Assembly (NCBI GenBank): GCA_001786395.1
Contig: MFWN01000024.1
Location: forward strand, 27,697 to 73,493
DNA: 45,797 nt
Direction: 5' to 3'
Source of the DNA: Candidatus Pacearchaeota archaeon RBG_13_36_9
GTDB taxonomy: Archaea > Nanobdellota > Nanobdellia > Pacearchaeales > GW2011-AR1
The position numbers and the translations under genes were made by a program. Numbering within the stretch: position 1 is the first letter of the stretch; each line of letters opens with the position of its first letter. Positions 32,901 to 40,400 of the stretch are shown piece after piece. The notes beneath the pieces are model-generated. The model was not told where the DNA came from. It searched no databases and worked only from the letters and a program-made list of their open reading frames with translations.

Positions 32901-34127
32901 GTAAAGACTTCAGATTCTTCTGGGCAGCCTACATTTATCGGGAGGGTAGATGAAGGAGGGGAGTATGTAAGCTATTGGTATATTGGGAAAAAAACTGGAG
33001 AAGGCAGGGTAGAAGTGGGATTAGGAGACGGGGTTAATTACTCTATTTTTCACTCAATAAGAGATGTAGACGACAATCAGTGGCACCAAGTGATTTGGAT
33101 AAGAAATGACGGGGGTCAAGAAATCTACATAGACGGGATAAACAGCACATATGAAGCGAGATTTGATGGCCCCATAGGGGACATTAATATTTCAACAGAT
33201 GTTTATATCGGAGGAGATCCTGAAAGCGAAGACTATTACTTTAATGGTAGCATAGATGACTTACTGTTATTTAATAAGAGCCTATCAAGAGAAGAGATAC
33301 TAGGATTATATGCTAACCAATCTTTAAAGTACATTGGAATTAATTTTACCAATCTGCAAGAAAAAAATTATTTATTCAGAGCATATTCCCAGGATTATGG
33401 TGGGAGGGTTAACCTGACTGAAGAAAGGTTTGTTTTGATTAATTTCAGTTACGCTGAAGCGAATTTTACTAATTCTACAAACTCTACTCCTCCTGCGCCC
33501 CCTGGCGGAGATGGCGGGAGCACGCCTCCTAATTGCATGCCTCTATGGTCCTGTAATCAGTGGTCTGATTGCATAGACGGAAAACAGACAAGAATCTGTA
33601 CAAATCCAGATTCAGATTGTAAAGCACGCCCTGACATAGAAAGAAGTTGTAAAGTTAAAGATATTGAAAAAAATGGCAAAAATGATACTTTATTTGATAT
33701 AAGCCTGCAGATAATTAAGGATAAGATTTTTCCTAATGAAAATTTATCTGTAGCAATGACTTTAATTAATCTGGGCATTCCCGGCAAGGTAAATGCAAAT
33801 TTACATTATAGGATTGTTAGCTCATCCGGGGAGATGGTTTACGAAGAAAAAGAAGTAGTTCCTGTTGAAACTCAGATAGAGTTTATAAAAACGATAAATA
33901 CCTATGATTTGGAACAGGGAAACTACAGGCTTTTAGTAGACTTAAGTTATGAAGGCCAGATAGAGCCTGCAAATGCACAAGGCAGCTTTAGCATAGGCAA
34001 TGGGTTTTTGTTGGGGTCTGTCCAGAGAGTGTTCGTTTATATTTTGTCCCTGTTTTTCTTAACATTAATTTCTTTAACATCATACCTTCTTCTTAGGGAG
34101 CTGAAAAAAAGAAGGGCAAAGTTTTAA
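29964..34127 (+). CDS. Large surface protein (1387 aa): N-terminal TM/signal, Ser/Glu-rich linker, right-handed beta-helix repeats, LamG-like domain, Cys-rich knot, beta-sandwich, TM anchor
   Basis: The PbH1-like repeats run ~31050-32060 (NNTILTY..GVYVSGDSNIITNNNITTYG..AVYFTNSFNNSVINNSL..). The LamG pattern runs ~32650-33320 (LLGWWRMDD..GKSFIFEGNGDYINLG..NFSISFWVK..QWHQVIWIRN..YIDG..FNGSIDDLLLFNKSLSREEI). The C-terminal module is at 33528-34127. Confidence 0.85.
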   Translation: MSRLFVKRVYSQNLVLGAGIVFLLSITFILLILPKFNMFAVQYSDAEKILIPEVGAEKEIEYYGYKYSNSSGIIVSALSEIHCSWKSAGEDDSWKECEAVFEIEDSNRVKSRLYSPKVELNFADKINVKNIEISYSQDFEIERETYIQSGAEETAQEVGRGKERKTGLFSASNQGKLKRPVERTLETEKKVFLKDEKLSFKKRKFTDFSDFSESVTENHNLSLSSSTEGVSPPVRGEISEQNLSGSYQESENNGSNLETNNSGSNVSAQKSLESSDNFSEALKNYSENYEEGSQGHNLLSGFSLFSDTELSTEEPFAVRVRFEIPKYSSNQFDFKIYEEGFEASIDPDVSGCGSLDSENGVYLLEEDVEAAQICFIISENNITLDCQGHRITYSFSGEGYGIYSSANFTTIRNCFITDGNFTGNGSAVYLLDSENSLVENNTILTYLDYLEGVYVSGDSNIITNNNITTYGRYAYAVYFTNSFNNSVINNSLRTYYWDSYGIFLDSSSGNQIRWNNATTFEAEAYGIRMYNSSYNLVSYNNITAIEELGYPFYLASDSNYNNLSNNELAVYVKDNAAIYVDSDYNYFKSNNLTSHGNVAFGIHIRPEASNNTFQNNQILTYGDDSYGVYFESGSNNVFLDNIFVTHGYYGFVFLISGSNFNSFFNNSLFTYGLWSPCVLIEGPSNGNLFSGIRAVTNNSFSEIFYAYNYYVNFSVQDSYINASYPATEEVYLESSLTDSVWNFTNVTTFDSRWDIATSGELIVSNYLDIFTNFTNGSYVSADILLSDKNFNEIFSGQTNRNGSLSKILLDYIQNTPDNITGYSNYSLNVSLGWESFSLSLNLSQSHSLFFTFDSGLYQQYNEEVYPRISFMDPTPANETIRNSTSFFVNVTANDSESNISMFMDFDGSLLGWWRMDDIGERGEILDYLGRNNAAAHGNARRSSDGKLGKSFIFEGNGDYINLGNSSILSLEHNFSISFWVKTSDSSGQPTFIGRVDEGGEYVSYWYIGKKTGEGRVEVGLGDGVNYSIFHSIRDVDDNQWHQVIWIRNDGGQEIYIDGINSTYEARFDGPIGDINISTDVYIGGDPESEDYYFNGSIDDLLLFNKSLSREEILGLYANQSLKYIGINFTNLQEKNYLFRAYSQDYGGRVNLTEERFVLINFSYAEANFTNSTNSTPPAPPGGDGGSTPPNCMPLWSCNQWSDCIDGKQTRICTNPDSDCKARPDIERSCKVKDIEKNGKNDTLFDISLQIIKDKIFPNENLSVAMTLINLGIPGKVNANLHYRIVSSSGEMVYEEKEVVPVETQIEFIKTINTYDLEQGNYRLLVDLSYEGQIEPANAQGSFSIGNGFLLGSVQRVFVYILSLFFLTLISLTSYLLLRELKKRRAKF

Positions 34128-34163
34128 TTATTTTCTCATCAGGCTTTTTAATCTTTACAAAGG

Positions 34164-34171
34164 TTTATAAA
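34164..34171 (+). promoter_or_regulatory. TATA box TTTATAAA for the RHH-giant gene operon
   Basis: This is the archaeal TATA consensus. It predicts a TSS near 34194, inside the palindrome. Confidence 0.4.
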
Positions 34172-34183
34172 TCATTTTTTAAT

Positions 34184-34211
34184 AGTATTACTGAGTAATA
34201 CTTAGTAATAT
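34184..34211. promoter_or_regulatory. Operator-like 19-bp palindrome AGTATTACT-g-AGTAATACT plus a third half-site AGTAATAT
   Basis: Read directly from the sequence. It lies 12 nt downstream of the TATA box and 43-70 nt upstream of the RHH ATG. Confidence 0.5.
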
Positions 34212-34253
34212 TTAAAAAGCAGGTGTTTTTTGTATATAAAAAGAGAGGCATAA

Positions 34254-34406
34254 ATGAAAGAGAGAGCGAGTTTTACTTGTGACAAGGAAACATTGAGGGT
34301 TCTAGATGAATTAGTGAAATCCGGCAGATACAGGAACAGGAGCCATGCTCTTGAAGAGGCAGTGAAACTTCTTAAGGACAGGGAAAAAAAGGAGGGGCGA
34401 AAATGA
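34254..34406 (+). CDS. Ribbon-helix-helix (CopG/Arc-like) DNA-binding protein, 50 aa, missed by the ORF track
   Basis: MKERASFTCDKETLRVLDELVKSGRYRNRSHALEEAVKLLKDREKKEGRK gives a beta-strand followed by two helices with the typical [RN]RS..[LI]EEA[VI]..[LY]L signature. An RBS-like GAGAGG lies upstream. Its stop overlaps the giant gene start (ATGA at 34403-34406). Confidence 0.65.
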   Translation: MKERASFTCDKETLRVLDELVKSGRYRNRSHALEEAVKLLKDREKKEGRK

Positions 34407-37400
34407 ACAGGAAAAGCATGGCTAAGATAGGAGCAATAAGCATTGTTGCAATTGTTCTTATAGCGATTATTTTGGTGGTGGTGGTTACTTTATTCAGTTC
34501 AGCCTTAATAGACAAGCAGGAATATTATTTGGGAGAGAGCATCAAGTTTAATATGGAGAATCTCGGGGATTACAAGCTTAAGATAACTACTCCTTCGACT
34601 TCTCTGATTAGGCTGGGAAGCAACGATGTTTTTATTTTCAGGCCTCAAGAGGCGGGTAATTATTCTGTGGAGCTTTGGAGAGGCGGGGGGAAACAGGATT
34701 ATTATTTTGAAGTTTTGTGGAATGGGACAGAAAACAATCCACCTGGAAATGAAACTGGACAGAATGATACTGAAGAAAATGAAACTGGCAGTTACGAGGA
34801 AGAAAAGCCTTTTGGATACGATGCAATTAAGATAGGCGAAAGTGTTAACTGGAGCATAGAAAGAGTTATTGAAAGCACTGTGAGAACTAAAATAGTTGTT
34901 CCTGATGCTGCTGAAAATATTAAGGTGTATAAGGCAACTGCTGCAGGAAAACAGGAAATTGAGTTTGAGGTTAGAGATTCTGTTTTTGGCGAGATATTGG
35001 ATGTTATTAACAAAAGAAATGAAAAAGAGGTCATTTTTCAGGCAAGTGGCAGGATTGTTGTTGAGTATACAACCAAAGGGCCAGAAAAGCAGGAAAAAAA
35101 GCTAGACGAGAGAACAAAAGAAATCAAGATAGGCTCTCCAGAGGGAGTTAATTATGAAAATGTCTTGGCTTATACTGAGATAGAAGCCAGCAGCAGGCAT
35201 TTTATCAGTGTTTATTGGAAAGAAGAAAAAAAGTTTGTGGATTTTAGATCTTATGATTTAAATGAAGATGGCAAGGTAGATAGGATTGAGTGGATTGTGC
35301 CCCATTTGTCTGAGCAGACCTTTGAAATAGTAGTGATAAGCAAGGCAGAGCATCTGGATCCTGGGAGAAATTTTATTTCAGATGTTTATAGCAATGTGAG
35401 CGTCAAGGATAGTATTTGGCAGGAAATTCCAGGGGGGAATTATTTAAGAGTAACTTTTGAAAAAAACCTGACAAATGGAAATGATATTACTTTATATGCA
35501 AGAGGAAGCGGAAAAGTAGAGGTTTATGAGAAAAATGGAAATGAGAAATTAATGGAGCTGGATATTAATGGGGAAAACTGGTATAAAGAATATTTCAGAG
35601 AATATTTATTTCAAGACAGTTTTGACTTGCTTATTTTTGGGAGTGTGGAGCTGGATTATGTTATTGACCCTACCCTTACAAATAGCCCTATTGGATATAC
35701 TGATCCGGGAAGTGACTGGGTAAATGAAACAGGGGGTTATTCAGATGGGGGATATTACGCCCAGGCAACTGCCCAGAATAAATACCTTATCTATTATAAC
35801 TATAGTTTCAGCATTCCAACTGGCTCTACTATCAACAGCGTAATGATAAGAGTTGATCAGTGGGCTTCAGATGGAAGTGATTACCATACTGTTGAAGTCA
35901 GCTGGGATGGCGGGGCTGCCTGGGGAAGCGCCACTGCACTTCCTGCCTCTTCAACAGAAAGAACTGATTGGGTGAATGTGACAAGCAATACCACCTGGAC
36001 AGTGGATAAGTTGAACAATACTAATTTTCAGGTGAGATTAAGAACCCAGGCTTCAGGCAAGCCTGCTGATTACTGGAGAGTGGATTGGGTGCCTGTGGAA
36101 GTTATTTATACAGAGCCAATTTCTGCGCTTTCAGTTTCTTTAAACAGCCCTATTGATTACTGGAACTACAGCGCCTATAATGTTTATTTTAATTACACTC
36201 CCTCAAGCACAGGAACTTTCATAAACTGCAGCCTATGGGATAATTCTTCAGGCACTTTTTCTCCGCAGGTTTATAATTCAACTGCGATAATAAATGGGAC
36301 CAGCAACCTTCTAAACAAGACTTATTCTTCAGATGGTTCATATTTATGGAATATAAGGTGCTGTGACAACACTAACTGCACTTTTTATTATTTCAACAGG
36401 ACATTTACGCTAGACACTGCTTATCCCACAGTCAATATAATAAGCCCGCCTGACAACAATTTTTCAGACTCTCCTTATGGAGTTGTTTTTACTTATAATG
36501 TTACAGATACTAGCGGAATTGTTAACTGCTCTCTGGTAATTGATGGAACTTTTGCTGATACAGATTCCACTGTGTCAACTTCTGTAAATCAAAATTTCAC
36601 TTACGGGCTTTCAAGCGGGCTTCATAACTGGAGCGTAAATTGCTCAGATTATGCAGGAAATCAGAATTCAAGCTCTACCAGAACAATTAATATCTCTGTT
36701 GCAGAGCAGGATTGGGGTGCAACGTGGTACGAGACATCTACTTCAACTTACACTTCAACAGCATATATAAACCTTGAGAATGTTAGAGATGGTACTGCCA
36801 ACTGGATGAATGCAACTATTGCTTCTAAGGGACTTTACACAATGGTTTCTGCAACCTCCCCTTTTATGGGCGGGCAGGGCGGCTTGCTGGAAGCAAGCTC
36901 TTCAGTCTCTTTTTTAAGCTACTTCTTAGTCCCAGACAACAAGGGGTATGTTACCTGGAAGGTTTATATTTCCAACAGTTCTGGAGATACATTACTATGC
37001 CAGAGTGGAAATGATGTTACAGGCGGCACAAGAATAGCAACAGTCGGCAGCAACACTTCTGTTTCTGGCTCATGCAACTCTCCTGCTTACGATTTGAGAG
37101 TTCAAGGCACAGACAGAATAAAACTTGTTTTGAATCTTTATAACGATGCGGTTTCAGCAGGGTCTTTTATACATTACTGGGATGACATTTTTCCTTCTCA
37201 GGTCGACTTGGGGAATTTTTCAACCTTGGGGATTCTTTATACAGATTTGTTTGCTCCAACAACTGATTTAAGCATAAACACTGGGGAGCAGTTCAATGTT
37301 TCCTGCGAAGTCAACTGCTCTGTTGGAAGATGCATGAACACTAAAGTTTATGTTCAATACAATACTTCTTCTTCTGACTGGGCAAATGTAAGCAGCTCTG

Positions 37401-40400
37401 GAAACTTAATCTTAGCTTCAGGGCAGACAAACGGGCACAGCTTAGGGAATGTCAATACCACTACTGTCTGGACTAATTTTACTTTGCAAGGAAATGCAGC
37501 CTCGGTAAATAATATAAGGTGCATAGGCATCTCTAATTATTCTATAGACTATGGCGAGACAACAAGGCAAATTACAGTCTCGGCAGCAAATCTTGCTCCA
37601 AATGTCATAGCGGTAACACAAAACAATTACTGGAGAAATGAATCTAGCATTGTGCTTTATTACAATGCAAGCGATGACAATAATTTGTTAGCCAACTGCT
37701 CGCTTTATCTAAACGGGCAATTGAATCAGACAAATTCTTCTGCTTTGCTTGATGCCCAGACAAATAACTTTACTATAAGTGCTATAGCTGATGGTTCTTA
37801 TAACTGGAGCGTGCAGTGTTTTGATACTGCTTCTTTGTCTAACTGGTCGCAGAACAGGACATTTTATATTGATACCTCTTTTCCCGGGCTTATTCTTAAT
37901 TATCCAGGCATAGATGATGTTTTATATATTAGTACTGTTAGTTTCAACTTCACTGCAACAGATAATATGGTTTTGAATATAACCTGCAACCTTACTGTAG
38001 ACGGCAGTGTTGTCGATGCCAATTTTAATGTTACTAATGGGACAATGGTCAACAGGACACGTACGGGGATAGGTATCGGAGACCATCTCTGGAATGTAAC
38101 TTGCTGGGACAGGGCAGGCAATATAAATAAAAGTGAGACAAGAAACTTTACTATAACTGACCTGCCGCCGACTGTTTTGTTGATAGAGCCTAATAACAGC
38201 TACTGGCATAATGAATCGAATATTACTCTTTATTACAATGCATCTGATAATAATAATTTAGCCAATTGCTCGCTTTATCTTAACGGGCAGTTCAACCAGT
38301 CCAATAGTTCTGCAATATTAAACGGAGAGCTTAGCAATTTCACCATTCCTTTTATAGCAGACGGAGAGTATAACTGGACTGTTAACTGTACAGATAATGC
38401 AGGGCTTAACACCAGCTCCTCTAAGAGAACATTTTACATAGATACAATTTTTCCTGAAGTTGATTTGAATGCTCCCCGGGACAATAATTTTTCCTTAACC
38501 TCCAGCGTTTATTTTAATTTCACTGCAACAGATAACCTTGATACAAATTTAACCTGCAACCTTACTATTAACAGCGCAGTGACTGGGGGCAGCAATTTTA
38601 ATGCAAGCAATGGAACGCTTACCAACAAGCTTGTTACTGGATTGACTGATGGAGATAAATACTGGAATGTCACCTGTATTGACAATGCAGGAAACTTAAA
38701 CACGAGCCGGACATGGATGTTAAACGTTACAGTGTACCCTTCTGTTGCCCTGAATACTTCAGATAACTCTTTTTTTAATTATTCTGATATTTACCTTAAT
38801 TATACGCCGAGCGACAATACCAATTTAAGCAATTGCTCGCTTTATCTTAACGGGCAGTTCAATCAAACTAACTCTTCCAGAGTCTTAAACGGGCAGATGA
38901 ATAACTTCAGCCTTTTGGCTGGAAGCGGCTATTATAACTGGAGTGTTGTTTGTTATGACTATATTGGCTTGAAAAACTGGTCTGCAAACAGGACATTTAC
39001 TGTGGACTTGGCATATCCTACTATAAACCTATCCTATCCACTTCCTAACCAGACTATTTATGATGCTACAGTTTATTTTAACTACACTGCCGTAGATGAT
39101 TTAGATACTTCCATAGAGTGCAACTTAACTGTAAATAACAGCGTTCTTAATTATACCTTTGCTGTAAATGGCAGCGTTACTTCAATCCCTATAACTTTCA
39201 CCCGGGGGGGATTTAAGATGTGGAATGTCAGCTGCTGGGACAATGCAGGCAACTTAAATTACAGCGAGACAAGAAACTTTACTCTTTATCTTCCTCCGAA
39301 GGTTAACCTGAGCAGACCTGACAATAATTACTGGAATAATGAGAGCAGCATAGTGTTGTTTTATAACATAACAGAATATAATGCAAACATTGTAAACACA
39401 ACTTTGTATATTAACGGGCAGGTTAACCAGACAAATAGTTCTGAAGTCTCTACCACCGGAGAAAATAATTTTACAATAGAATATTTGGCAGATGGAGCTT
39501 ATAATTGGACAGTTATAGTTAAGGATATAGAGAATCTTATCGGCACAACAGTCAATAGGACTTTTTACATTGATACTTTGCCTCCCAATGTAACCCTTAG
39601 TCAGCCAGGAGATTATTCCACTGTTGACACAAATAATGTCAGTTTTAATTTTACTGTCTATGACAACCTTGCCCCCAACCTGACCTGCAATTTGAGCATT
39701 TCAGGATTTGTTGAGGATGAATTCATGGATATGGTTATAACAGAAGGGCAAGCTACTGCAAGGTATATGCTTCTTCATGATGGAGATTATTACTGGAGCG
39801 TCGAGTGCATGGATCTTGCAGGGAACTATAACATTACAGAAGAATGGAATTTTACAGTTGAAGCACCTCCAAATGTGACTTTAGTTTCGCCTGAACCTGA
39901 TTATAGGACAAACAGCTCGAACATTACTTTTGTTTATTTGCCAGAGGATTATTATCCGATGATTCAGTGCGATCTTTACATTGATGGCTTGTTTAATGAT
40001 ACTGATGAGGGTATAGAAGAAAATGAGAACAACCAGTTCGATGTTTATTATATCTCTGAAGGAAATCATAACTGGACTGTCAACTGCACTGATTCGGATT
40101 GGAACACTTTCCAGCCAGATGTCCGCTTTTTTACAATTGATAAAACACCTCCTAATGTTAATTTGATGCTTCCTTTAAATGACTCTGGAATTGATTTTAA
40201 TGAAGGCAATATAACTTTTTGGTGGAATGCAACAGACCTTTTAGATTCACAGTTGAAATGCGATTTGAGGATAGATGGCAATAAGCAAGGAGCTACTAAG
40301 GATGTAACTTCTGGAACCCCTTATCAGGAAGATATAGATACTTTAACAGAAGGGGGGCATTATTGGAACGTGACTTGCTGGGACAGAGCAGGCAATACTA

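Noticed and set aside
33528-34127. Diversity-generating retroelement targeting the shared C-terminal beta-sandwich modules
   Set aside because: The window has no reverse transcriptase ORF and no template/variable repeat pair with adenine-specific differences. The differences between copies are spread over all residue types.
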